DNA of 64,000 nucleotides from positions 13,702,001 through 13,766,000 of the forward strand of contig CM022671.1 in the NCBI GenBank assembly GCA_012295275.1, read 5' to 3'. Source of the DNA: Chrysomallon squamiferum. Lineage: Eukaryota > Animalia > Mollusca. Positions 28,617 to 42,973 of the stretch are shown here, piece after piece. Below the pieces are notes generated by a model. The model searched no databases and had not been told where the DNA came from. It worked only from the letters and a program-made list of their open reading frames with translations. Numbering within the stretch: position 1 is the first letter of the stretch; each line of letters starts with the position of its first letter. A program made the translations under genes and the position numbers.

Positions 28617-29968
28617 TTTTCACCTTAATAATAATTTAAAATGAATTAATAAAAAAAAAAAAATATTACTATTAAGAATATTTTTCTCCATCATTTTAAA
28701 CATTTTGCTAAATTTTAATTATATTGTATATGTATCAATATTGTTGAAATAATGACAGTTGATTGTTAATAGTATGTATATCTTTTACTCTAATAATAAT
28801 AACAACATAGTATAAAATAATACATTAAAAAAAATAATACATTAAAAAAAGATATTAATATCAAGTGTGTGTCACCATTGTTTTAAAATAATGACTGTTA
28901 ATAGTATTGTATGGCACACTGATGACATTAATATATTGGATTAATGTCAGGCAGACAGTAAATACAGATGTAACTCATTTTGTTTACACCATGTATTTGT
29001 TTTTCTGTTCCCTGACCTTGGGGGACCATTGCACATGTACATGAAACATGTATGAAAGAGAACTCAGCTGTAACCAGCTTACCAACCAATCACAGCACAG
29101 CTGACCTTCATTTCGACTAATCACAGCGGAAGATATTTCTGTAATCTTCCTTGCTAAAAATAAAAAATAAATAAATATATTTTGATACATAATATATATA
29201 TATATATATATATATTAATTCCTATGGCCACTTAATAAAAAAGAAAAGAGAAGTTTGTTTTAATTTTGAGTGTAATATCATACTTTAAGGAAGAAATAGT
29301 AATAATAATAATCTAATATTTGTAGAAAGAGAAGACAACTTGACTGCCAACTCAGCAGTGAACTGGGGTTGGAGGGAATATTTCAGTTGTCACATTGACT
29401 GATTAGTGCTGGGTTTTTTAATTTTCTTTTTTTATATTTCTTCTACCATTATATCTGCATTTTCTTTTGGCTATGCCTAAAACATTAATGTTATGTAATG
29501 TTCATTAAAAAAAGGTATATTAGCATCCACAAAGAAATCAACAGAACATCAAAAGAATGTTTATGTACATTACAAGATTGTGCAATACATATATAAACAA
29601 CTAAACAAATGTGTGTACATACATGCATATGCACATATATGCAATCACACACAACACAAAAACACTTAAATTTTTAAGAATGATTAAAAATAATATTGAA
29701 TCATGTATGGTTTAGAAAACATGAAGAGAAAATTATTATTTGTCGTTTTGAAATGTTTTTGGGAGGTTTTTCTATAAGATAAATGTTTTATTGAGATTTA
29801 TATATATATATATACACACACACACATATACACATACATCTCATTATGATTTAAACAAGAAGTTATTAATGAGGTTGTTAGTAATAATTTTCTTTTTAAA
29901 TTCATTATTTATATAATTTTACTGTTCACAAGAAATACTTCCTTAATTATCTTTTTTACTTATTATTT

Positions 29969-30011
<43 letters not shown>

Positions 30012-33000
30012 TGTATTTATTTTATTTATTTATTATTATTATTTAACTATATTTTATGCATTCTTTTTTCTTTTTATTTTTTTAACATGACAGTAATAAA
30101 AATAATTTTAATATATTTTCATGTGAATACCAATTTTCCACTTTAGAATCTTTGATTTTTATCACAGAGTAGAGAAAACTGAATAATTTAAAACAAATAT
30201 TTTTTCATTTGAATAGTAATTATTTTCATATGATAGGTGTGTATGTGTATGTGTGTCTTCATATGTTAGTATGTGTGTGTGTGTGTCTGTGTGCGTGTGT
30301 GTGTTTGCGTGTGTGTGTGTGCGTGCATGCATGTGTGTGTTTGTGTATGTGTGTGCTGAAATATATGTTCATGTAAACATCTGAATTTTCTAATTTTTTG
30401 ATTTTACTGTAATACAAATAATTATGAATGTATTAATATATCAACACAGTGAAACCAAGAGCATAATCTTTTCTAAATTTGTCATAGAGTATTGATTGGA
30501 ATGGGAAATAAGTGGTATATATGTTACGGTATTTTATCCCATTTAGTGCAGTTCTGCATTCATTTGTGATGATACAAAAGTAAAAATCGGTTAACTTTGA
30601 GTTCCACCATTTTTCAAACAAAGAAGACATTTGCTAATGAGTTTAATTAATTATTGTTTCCATATAAAAGCATTGATCTACTAAAATAAACATACCATAA
30701 ACAGACACACACACACACAAACACATACACATGCATTCACGTACACATGCATTCACTTAGACACATACAGATATACATACATATATACATACATACATAC
30801 ATACACACACACACATGAACATATACATACATACATAGATATACATACTATGCAGATATATATAAAAACACACATATATACATTATGCATATAAAGAGAC
30901 ACTCACAAACACATTCATTTCAGAAATAAAACAGAGATCATGTTTAATAGGTCTCATACTTTCTGATATATGTTAATGTCTCTGAGTAACAGATACAAGA
31001 TCAATTATCAGGTTGACTGGGTGACATGTACATTTACCTCGTATGCACACATTGTCACCACTTAGCAGTCTAAAAACACAAAGTCTGGTAGTAAAACAGG
31101 TTTTCATATCAGAAAAAAAACATGGTATTAGTAAAAATAGGTTCTGTATTTACTAATACTTCTTAATGAGGTTAATTATCATTATAATTTCTTTATAATT
31201 AGTGACATCAATATCAAGTTGTCATGGTGACTATACAGTCTTTTTTTTTTAAATTTAGAGTAATAGTAACATTATCCACTCATGATATAAAATATAAGCA
31301 AAACAAAATAGGAAATAAAACAATGGTCATTATATTATCTACAACATTTTAACAAGGGTAATTATCATTAGAATTACTTAGTTAATGTATCTTTGTCAAT
31401 TAACTGGTCATGTTGCCAAGGAAACAATTTGAAATCTTTTAAAATGTATATTTGTGTAATTGCAGTTGCCTGGTTTATAAAAAATTTCCTTGAGAATTTT
31501 GTGGTTTCCCCACAACAGGCAAATATGAACAGTAAATTAGGAATCATTAAAATTATCCAAGTACTTTCTGTAACCACTTAACAGAATACCATCCAGACAC
31601 AAATACTAAACAATGCAATGGTCCTTATTGTTAATATTAGGAATTTTACTAAAACATCTTAACAAGGTTAATTTTCCTTAAAATTATTTCATGTGTCTTG
31701 TGTAATTTTGTTTATCCTGTAACAGAGATTATTGGCAGCATCAGTAATGTACATTAGTACAACCACATCTTCACAAGTAACCTTTTAGATGATTCAGCTT
31801 TTCACATGGCATGCATACCTAAACACTAATCTGATAGTACCTATTAATTTTAACCATACACAAGTCCGATATAACAGAAATCTTTTAAAATGTCTATTTG
31901 TGTACTTATATTTGATAAGCTCTAAACAACAGAAATTAAACAATGGTCATATTAGTAAGTAAACGTAGGTTTTTACCATTGTACTATATTTTAAAAGAAG
32001 TTAATTACGGTTAAAATTACTTAATTAATGTATCTGTGTGGTGGGCAGTGTGGTGGGCAGTGTTGTCCTGTTGACCAGGTGATGACAGTCATTTAATGGT
32101 CATAGATGGTCATTCTCTGATGTGCTGTCATCTTTTGGGATAATCAATAAATGGTAGTCTTTAGAGATGAGAGTAGAATGACATTAGTGATAAACAAAGT
32201 GTGCAGTGTATTCACACAGAAAAACCAGTAATGACCTGACTGTATGGATATTGTAGATAACCAACATTCTGATTTTTAAACTTGAAAAAAAAAAAAATAT
32301 AGAAAGAAAGAAAATGGAAAATGAAGTTGTTTTTAATGTGGAAGAGATATTTTCTTTTTTCTGTTTATTTTTATTAGTAGTATTTTTTAATTTGGTCCTT
32401 TTTAATAAACAATTTAACTATTATTATTAGTAGTTGTATTTTTATTTTATTTATAAGTCTATCCACACACACACACACACACACACATATATAAATTAGT
32501 CACATTTCCTGAAATAGTTACACAAGCAGAACTGCTAATATAAATTAAACAAATAAGGTAAATAGGAACCTTTTACTAATCCCACATTTGAAAAACAAAT
32601 TACATCAGTTTATCAGAAATAACCTGTAGCTTGCTGATCACATTAAGCAGACATCTTTACTTTGCATGATCCATACTATTTTTTCTTTCTTCAGTCAAAA
32701 CATAAAAACACTTTTTAAAAAAGATGTTTACATTAACCATTCTGAAAGCAGACAGAAAATAGCATGTAGCAACGAAAATAATGAATGATGTCACAGAAAC
32801 ATTAATCCATTAGCTAGAGTATTTTTTCATATTTATTATCAACACATGAACTAACACACTTTATATTTACATTGAATATATAGCAGTATCCATATTTATT
32901 TAATTATTCCAAAGTATTTTGGTGTGTCTGTTTATGTCCATGTGTCTGTCAGAAAGAGAGAAAGAGTGCATGTAAATATCTGTGTGTGTAGTTTGAGAAG

Positions 33001-33169
33001 AAGTAAATGTGTGTATGGATGTAATAATCGATTGTACAAAATGTATATCTGATCATGACAATTCAAAAATGAAATGTGAACATTCTGAACAAGAAATAAA
33101 GTTTATGATTTTTAAAAAATGAATTAAAAAAAAATTGAAGATGTAGCACATTTTATTTATATTAATTTT

Positions 33170-33241
<72 letters not shown>

Positions 33242-34177
33242 CATCTAAGTATAATAACAGTAAATTCTGCCCAGAGAACTGAAGCTCAGAACTGGTTACT
33301 ACTCTAACAGAAGTGTTTCTATTTACTTGAAAGATTAAAGGAATATTTAACATCTTTACACATTGCTCATTCAGTGGTTGTTGTGTGCTGTTAAACATGC
33401 TGTATGGGTAACATTTGGTTTTCTCAGAAACCTCACATTAGTATTTAATAACAGAAAGGTCATGTTTGATTTAATTCAGTTTAAGATTACACAACATTCA
33501 CAGAATGTATAGGATATAATACATCTGTACCTGTGTGTTTGTGTGCAATATGTATATAAAACATTGATTTAATGCAGGATGTATTTACAGCTAAATTCAA
33601 TACAGGAACTGCCAAGGATTTAGTACAGGATTATGCAAGATAAATTTAGTATAAGTTATATTTGGATTTATATATATATATATATATATTTATATATCGT
33701 ACAATAAAGACTTTATATATATATTTAGATACACCACAAATAATTTACATTTTTTTATCTTCATCTGTATGACCATTATGAAACAGCTGCAATGGTTGTT
33801 GCTGACAAAATCATTTTGCTCATCATTTATTAATGTAAGTTGGGACAAGCAATATTTGTAGTGTTTGACAAACAATAGTTGTGTGTGCCATGAATCAATA
33901 ACTGCAAGTGTTGTGAAAGTACAGATGTAATGTGCACCCTGACTAACACAAACAAGTAATCAATCTCTGTGTCTTCCTCAGTACAGCTATTTTCATTCAG
34001 GTGACTGACCGATGAAAAGTACACAACAACAGTTTAACATTTGTTCAGTTTTAAACCAAGGACAATAACTCATGTGTAACACATTGATTAAATTATCCAG
34101 AGTTATGTCCCATTTGTTTTTCATTTATTTATTTATCTATATATTTATTTATTTTATGTTTTATTTTATTTATTTGT

Positions 34178-34208
<31 letters not shown>

Positions 34209-37200
34209 TTTTGTGTAGTGGTTTCTTTGACTATCTTTTTTTAACAGTATGAAATTATTATTATTTTTATTCATTTTTCTTGTTCAGAATGCAGTTTCTT
34301 AAGAAAACCGAAATAATGTTTTGCTTGAATTACACTTATTATTATTATTATTATTTAAATGGACAAAACAATAAGCTTAAACAGGGAAATCAAACATCAA
34401 AGAAAATCTGTTTGTCTAGTGTTTAAGACAGGTTGTGAAGTACTTTTCTGTAATATTTTAAGTACATTAAAATTATATTTAGATAGCATTGGCTTCAGGG
34501 GCATATTATTGTTCATGTAATAATCATAATATCCAAATATTATTTTTCTTTTCATCAAATCATTTTTTGTCAAAACCTTATATTTATTTAACAGTTTGTG
34601 TGTGTGTGTGTTGTTTATAAGAAAGATCTCTATCACAGGCTGTTAGGTTTTCCTGTGAATTTCACGCAGAATATCAGTTAATGTTCAACAGATTTTTTAT
34701 ATTATTTTTATTAAATTATTTTCAATATAATATTTTTCTTGCATTTTGATTTTAAATTGTACTACACCATTAATAGCCAAGAAAGTTGAGAATGTCAGAA
34801 TGTGTGATGTTGATTATTTACAAATGCTTCATCTCTGGCCATGACCCACATTAAGTATAGTAAACAGCTTTCTTTGTTTTTTATTTGTTTATTACAGAGT
34901 ATTGGTTAAGTGCTGTGTAGGTATAAAAATATTCTAATAATACAAGAAGTATAATAGTCTGAAAAAATATTACTTATTTAGTTCTACATTAAAATGTATT
35001 GTGGTATTGTATGTTTGAAAGATAGCCAGGCATATTTATAATTCATTTCCTAATGGAAAAATAATATATGTGATTCTGCACATAGAATCAGGGATTAAGT
35101 TGCATTGGGTTTGTAGTCAGGTATACAAATATTCATGTTCCTTGTGCTGTACAGTTCCTTTCATTATTTTTATTATTGTGTACAGTTCCTTTCATTATTT
35201 TTATTATTGCTGTATCTTGGATAGTTACGAAGATAATGTTTTACCTAGTCAGATATTAACGACGAATCTTGAAAAACTTCTTCAGAGTCACAAGTTTATA
35301 AAGTAAACACCAGTTCTAATTATTTCGGTTCTGAAAGGATCTGAAATGGACACATTATATACTACCTAACAGTAAGAAGTGTAAATGCATTATAAAGGCT
35401 GAGTCCACAGTTTCTGAACTTTAGCGCTTGGAAATTGATGGATTTCTAAAGAAAATCAAACGTGCAGAAGCTTTTAAAAAGATGTATCAGTTTTGTATAA
35501 GATTATTTAGAGTTAATAAGTGAACTAAATACAGATAACATCAAAGCTTGAGATAGAATATTTGGTATTCTATGCAAGTCTTTAGGTCTGATAAATGTTT
35601 GTTAGATAATAGTATATGCTGTTTTAGTTTTATATTTAGTTTTAATAAATTAGAAATATAATGTCTTTAAATACTAAAAAAATTAAAGATATTGTAGTCT
35701 ATACATATATCTATAAATATCTATAACTATTCATAACAGTGAGTAGGTTTGTAGCCCTGGTACTGATGCACTAAGAAATGTCAGCTGGTTTTGAAAGAAA
35801 TTAAAAATAATAATAATTATGAACAGGGGAGGTAACTGCTGTCATCCTGTAATAGTTTGATGTCATTAACATTAGTGATAAAGATATTTTTAGATTATTT
35901 TGGTTGATTTTATTTATTTTATTTATTTATTTATTTATTTATTTTGTAGGATGAAGAAAGTCATTTTCCTTATTTTACCCTTTTTTGTTTGTTTCAAATA
36001 CATTTGTCTCTTAAAATAATACTAGAAAACAGATATTTGAACAAAAATGTTGTGTGTTTGTTTCTTTCTTTACTTTATAATTATTGGGGTTATGAAATAC
36101 GGTGTTTAAGTTTCAAGAAAATAACATTTACTAGTTTAAACCATCAACTTATTAATTTTTTAAATTACACTTCTAAAGAAAAAAATATCTTCTTTGTCCC
36201 ACATACATCCTGACACACATGCACCAACACACACACGTACAAACATAATACAAACATAATACACACCACAGTATTTTTTTGTGTTTTAAACATATATAGG
36301 TAACTGACTTTGATCCTGTCAGCTTGTAAATTGGTTTTGTGTTGACTAAGGGACATGGATAGTTTCCTGTGGTAATATTTATTTAATCAGTTTTATTAGC
36401 AGAATTTTGCCTGCATTCAGTGCCGTGTGTCTGACCTGTTCGTTTTATATATCGTTTTCACATCTATAGTTTTACCTGTATGTCCTGAAGCTATTACTTA
36501 AGCAGAACCCTTTCATGTGTGTAGGTGAGAATACATTAAAATATCATATATTTACATTTGTAAATTATTTTATATACCAGGCTTGCTGTGATTTAATAAA
36601 AATTACAAATTAAATTATTTAAATTTGAGAGCATTTGTACTAATCACTAGTTTTGTATTTTTACTGGTAGCATTTGTGTAGTGATATCTCAACACATCTA
36701 ATATTAACAGAATAACTAACTAAATAAATATTTTTTATTTAATATCTCATAAACATTTAATATGTTATTTCTTCTCAAACATAGTTTTTGAAAGTGATAA
36801 TTTGAAAAGAAGTTTGCTACCACTATACAGTTAGCTTCTGGGAATATTTTATGTGCTCTTTAAAAAAATAATATTTATTCAAAAACGATATATATATATA
36901 TATAAAATTGTCTGTGGTTATAATTGGAAATAATCTTGTTATTACAATGAGATAAGCATTCTAACTAATGAGCTGCATCCTATTTTGCAATATGAAAAAC
37001 ATTTAGGTTTTAATTGTAACTTTGTATGTCAGTTTATGTGTGGGTGTGTGCCTTTATTTCTGTTCCTTTGTGTATGCATTTCAGCCTTGACCTTGGTCAC
37101 AAATTATTCTTCAGGTCATAATGCTGATTTTTTTTCTTCTCAATAATTGATCTTGAGGATACTGGTTGCTATGGAGGTATTCCATGTCAGCAAATGGTCA

Positions 37201-40200
37201 TTGCCAGGTCATGGTCAGGTTTGGCCGAGTTCATGTTCTTTACAACATGGCCACTGAGGTGTGCAGCTTCACAGGACAAGGCCTGGCTGACCAGTTGAAG
37301 GTCAACTACTCAGTGCATATGTATTCCCTGTACTTTAAATGCAACAACCTTGAAACATGTATTTTTCCCAAGCACTTGAGATCATCGTTAATGATATGAA
37401 TGAGCAATTTAGCTCCAAGTTTTCCAGATCATTGCGCATTTCCTTCAACATGTGGATGCACTCATGCTTTTTTACATGTAGTCCCTGGCTGCATATATCT
37501 CAGATTAAATGAATCTTAAGACAGCATGCATTTAAAAAAAATTAAAAAAAAAGATTACTCAGTATTCTTGTCTACATGTATGTAATATAAGATCCCAGAT
37601 AAAATAAATTTTAAGATATAGTAATAATTATTTTTTATATTTTTTATATCATATCGTGTGTGTGTGTGTGTGTGTGTGTGTTTTATTGTGCATGTAATAT
37701 CTAGTCCCAGATAAAATAAAGCTTAAGATAAATCAATATGGATTTCTTTTAAATTTAATTTTGTTTCTGTTTTTAATATTTTTATGTTTAATATATACCT
37801 CCAAATAAAATGAGCTTAAGATATAATAATATGGATAATTTTAAAATTTATTTTCATTATTCTTATTATTTTTTTAATTGTATATTTCAATGATATAACA
37901 GTTTTTAAAACCAGGTTGGTGCCAGGACAAATAATATAATTCAAATAATTCTCATACATTCATTACAGTATTTTAAGAAAACATTTAAAATTTTTTCTGT
38001 TTCATTATCTTTGTGCAAACAAATATTATTTTCCCATGATCAGTAATAAAAATAAAAAATAAACTGAAGAAACCAGAAAGATGAAGTTTTTTTATCTGTT
38101 TTGTTTGGTTTTAAATAACAAGTGGTTTTATTTAACACTGTCACTGAAGAATTCAGTGAATTTCAGCCATTAGCTGTTAAATATTTTTCAATTTTTACAA
38201 AGTTTCAGAGCAATGTTATTTCCATTAGAGGCAAGAATGCTGTACTGTTCCACATACAGGACAATCCATATGATACTCTTTTATATGATAGAAAACAGTC
38301 TGAGAGAGGAAAGAGATGTGATATCAGAATCTTATTATAATCCTGTGATTAAAACTGTCTTAAAATTCGTCATCATTTTCATACTGATCATTCATTCCCT
38401 TATTAAACATGATTTAATTTCACATCTTTTTATCATTCTTATGACTTCAGAATCTTTGCAAGTAAGATGAATTTAATATACATAAATCTGTTATCTTACT
38501 CTTATTGTTTCTATTTCAATTGGTGTTGTAGTTTTCAGTGAATGTGTATAAGAACATTTTAATGCTGGAATAAATTATCCCTAATTAAATCTGGCACAAG
38601 CCGCCTATCAGTGTAAATTAAAAATGCTTTATTACTGTAAACTTTTAAAATGCAAAACTGTAATATTTAATTGTATCAATGAAGCTAAAAACTACTGTAT
38701 TATTTAAAAAGGTTTGACTGCACATACAAATCTACTGTATTGCTAATGTTGTGCTGTTGCTTCCAATGGCAGAAGAGTAAGGAAGTAAACACCAAGTGAT
38801 CACAACATTTTTCTGTAAATTAACCCTCTATAATGAATGTGAGCAAGACCTTGAAAATGTCGGTCACAGCTATAAACACCAATGCAGCTGGTATAATACT
38901 AAAATACTACAAACAACACTTATTATTAACATTTGTGTTTATTTATATATCTGTCGTTCCATCTTACTCTTTCGCTTTGACTTTCTTTTTCTTTATATCT
39001 CTATTTTCTCATTAGTTTTTCCTCTGAATCTTCATTTTTCTTTAGCTGATGCAGATTTCTTCATTCTTTTTAAACAATTTTTATTATTCTCTTTCGTTTC
39101 ATTTTTTTTCTCTATTATTCTGTTTCTGATATGCCTATATATACAACTAGAAGACCAGAAATGTAATGGTTGAATATAGGGGGAATTTTACAGTAAAATA
39201 TAATCAGTAAAGACAATCATTCAGCCAATGTAAGTGATAGGAAATCAAATAAAAAAAGAAAACATTACAGCCTGTGAAAAACATGATTATATGAAAAGAA
39301 TAAAATAATAAAATAATAAAATAATAAATAAATTAAAAACATCCATCAAAGAACATATTTTGGAAATAAAATTACCAAAATTTATTTACTCTGTCCCATG
39401 AAATTTGCTTTACAACACTCTTTACTTTTCACACCCACATCCCTGTCAGGTCAACGTATGATCCTAACAGAATTATGTAACTTAAGCAACAAAAAATTAA
39501 AAAACCCCAAAAATCTAAAAATGACAACTTGTAAAGTTTGCTCAATCAGCTGTTTGCTTCTGGTATTTGTTTTTTTTTCTTTATTGTTGTTTGGTTAACC
39601 CCAATCTTAGCCAATCGTCTCTCAGCTGACCTCATTTGTGGCCAGTGAGAAGGCTGGAAAGTAGAGCTGGGGTGGGGTCAGTTCAAGTTCGAAGCCGGCG
39701 TGTACAGCTGATTGCCAAGGTTATGTTCAGCCAGCAGCACGTGTAGTGTTCATGGACTATAGATTTTGAAGCAAACATATCTGAGGTTCTCTACAGTATT
39801 TCTGTCTGTTCTGTTTGGCTCAGCAGATGTTGGTGTTTTTGTTACAATTAACAATGCCAGAATATTAATTTACAACTGTAAATAGACTACAGTAAATAAA
39901 ACATGTTACTTAATCTGCTTATGACTGTTAGAAGCTTTATACTGTATCTAAAATAGTTTAATTACTTCACACATTTCTGATATCAGCATTTATACTATTC
40001 ATATACTGTACTATATAGCTTTGTACTTAAATACTCTAGTCTGTACTTCATTATACTATACTACACTACACTACACTACACTATGTACTGTGCTGTACTT
40101 ATACTATACTTATAACTAACACATTATTATACTATACTATACTATATACTGTAAATTAACTTTTATCCCACACATTACATTAGATGGTATTACAGACTGA

Positions 40201-42918
40201 TTCGTGAAATCTTTGGGGATGCTTTATAAATAGTCTACAGGATTCACTTATAAGAAAGTTTTTGCATAAATCTTGAAACACATAGGCCTTCATTTTAAAC
40301 TAAATATATGTACATAATTAAACAAGTGATGCCACTATTTTTTTAATATTATTTTAGACTTTTCAGATTTCAGATAATGTCATTACTACTGAACAGTCAC
40401 CTTGTAGTTTCACACAGATTACTTAGCTTTATTTTTTTTTTTTTTTTTTTTTTAAATGATAGTAAATAAATTAATATAAAAATTTCACATGATTTCATTG
40501 TTACAACATGATATTCATTTGTCTTGGTATTAAATTTCTTTTAATATGTTTTTTTTTTAATATATTTTTACATTATATTTTAAGGATAAAAAAGAAAACA
40601 GAAAAAACAACCAGACAATGCCACTTATTCCTTTTTTAATATGACATTAGATACAGAAAAAAACAAGTAATAATATCAGCATATCCTGTTGTGGTAATTA
40701 TATCTTTACGTTATTGTATGAATGTATATGTCAATGTGTGTTTGTGTGAGTATGTATGTTTTTGGAACACACAACATTGATTAAGGAAAATAGTATTGTT
40801 AGGAAGAAAAGCAAAGAAGTTTAAAAAAGAAATAATTTTCCATTAGTAACAAAGGATTTATTTTTTATAAAAAACAGTATAGAAAATAAAGAAAATGGTA
40901 ATGATGATGATATAACAGAAGAAAGCTCCATTCTTTTCTTTAGCAGCAAGAGATGATTTTTACAGACACAGGAAAACACAAACAATAACATTTTGATAAA
41001 TAAAGTTATGAGAGACAGACAGGAATGAGAAGTGTCTTAATAAGTGCTTTAACCTGATACTTGTGTATCATATACTTTTACAGCCTGTGTTTGTGTATAA
41101 AACTGGTTACAGTATGCAGTATGTGTTTAAAACTGGTTACATCTACAACAGGTGTCTTACAGTATGCAGTGTGTGTTTAAAACAGGTTACATCTACAACA
41201 GATGTCTTACAGTATGCAGTCTGTGTTTAAAACTGGTTACATCTACAACAGGTGTCTTACAGTATGCAATGTGTGTTTAAAACTGGTTACATCTACAACA
41301 GGTGTCTTACAGTATGCAGTCTGTTTAAAACTGGTTACAGTAGGCAGTGTGTGTTTAAAACTGGTTACATATACAACAGGTGTCTTACAGTATGCAGTGT
41401 GTGTTTAAAACTGGTTACATCTACAACAGATGTCTTACAGTATGCAGTGTGTGTTTAAAACTGGTTACATCTACAACAGAACAGTATGCAGTGTGTGTTT
41501 AAAACTGGTTACATCTACAACAGGTGTCTTACAGTATGCAGTGTGTGTTTAAAAGTGTGTGTTTAAAACTGGTTACATCTACAACAGATGTCTTACAGTA
41601 TGCAGTGTGTGTTTAAAACTGGTTACATCTACAACAGATGTCTTACAGTATGCAGTGTGTGTTTAAAACTGGTTACATCTACAACAGGTGTCTTACAGTA
41701 TGCAGTGTGTGTTTAAAACTGGTTACATCTACAACAGATGTCTTACAGTATGCAGTGTGTGTTTAAAACTGGTTACATCTACAACAGGTATATTACAGTA
41801 TGCAGTCTGTGTTTAAAACTGGTTACATCTACAACAGGTATCTTAGAGTATGCAGTGTGTGTTTAAAACTGGTTACAGTATGCAGTGTGTGTTTAAAACT
41901 GGTTACAGTATGCAGTGTGTGTTTAAAACTGGTTACAGTAGGCAGTGTGTGTTTAAAACGGGTTACATCTACAACAGGTATCTTACAGTATGCAGTGTGT
42001 GTTTAAAACTGGTTACAGTATGCAGTGTGTGTTTAAAACTGGTTACAGTATGCAGTCTGTGTTTAAAACTGGTTACATCTACAACAGATGTCTTACATAT
42101 GCAATGTGTGTTTAAAACAGGTTACATCTACAACAGGTATATTACAGTATGCAGTGTGTGTTTAAAACTGGTTACATCTACAACAGGTGTCTTACAGTAT
42201 ACAGTGTGTATTTAAAACTGGTTACATCTATAACAGGTGTCTTACAGTATACAGTGTGTGTTTAAAACTGGTTACATCTACAACAGGTATCTTAGAGTAT
42301 GCAGTGTTTGTTTAAAACTGGTTACATCTACAACAGGTATATTACAGTATGCAGTCTGTGTTTAAAACTGGTTACATCTACAACAGGTATATTACAGTAT
42401 GCAGTCTGTGTTTAAAACTGGTTACATCTACAACAGGTATCTTACAGTATGCAGTGTGTGTTTAAAACTGGTTACAGTATGCAGTGTGTGTTTAAAACTC
42501 AGGTTGTGTCAAGGGTTATGTCTGTGGAGTAGACCCTTACTCTGACAAGCTTCACCCTCTGGAGCCTCCCAGTGATCACACATCTATTTTACTGGTGGGG
42601 ATATCCCACTGATATTAAACCACTACTTTGTCTATTTTTGGCAAATGTGACTACTTCCCTAATTTCCTGAAACAGCTGTCAGATAAAAAGTCTGTAAAAT
42701 TCGGTGAATGATGATAACTTTTTTATTCAAATTGTAGATTAGTATGGTGTAATAGACAATAAAAACAGACTTTTTAAAAATTTTTATAGATGTTTAAAAA
42801 ATTTTTTAAAACGGGTAATGATATATTTGTTGTTACTTTGATATTATGAAAATTGAGATATTTCATTTATTTTGACAAGAATATAACTATTCTAAAATTA
42901 TTGTTTTCCATTCTATTT

Positions 42919-42973
<55 letters not shown>

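Noticed and set aside
33053-33398. Poly-ER ORFs
   Set aside because: (CT)n microsatellite.
41092-42499. CRISPR-like appearance and Cys-rich repeat ORFs
   Set aside because: No unique spacers, no cas genes, eukaryotic intron; simple tandem repeat with stops.
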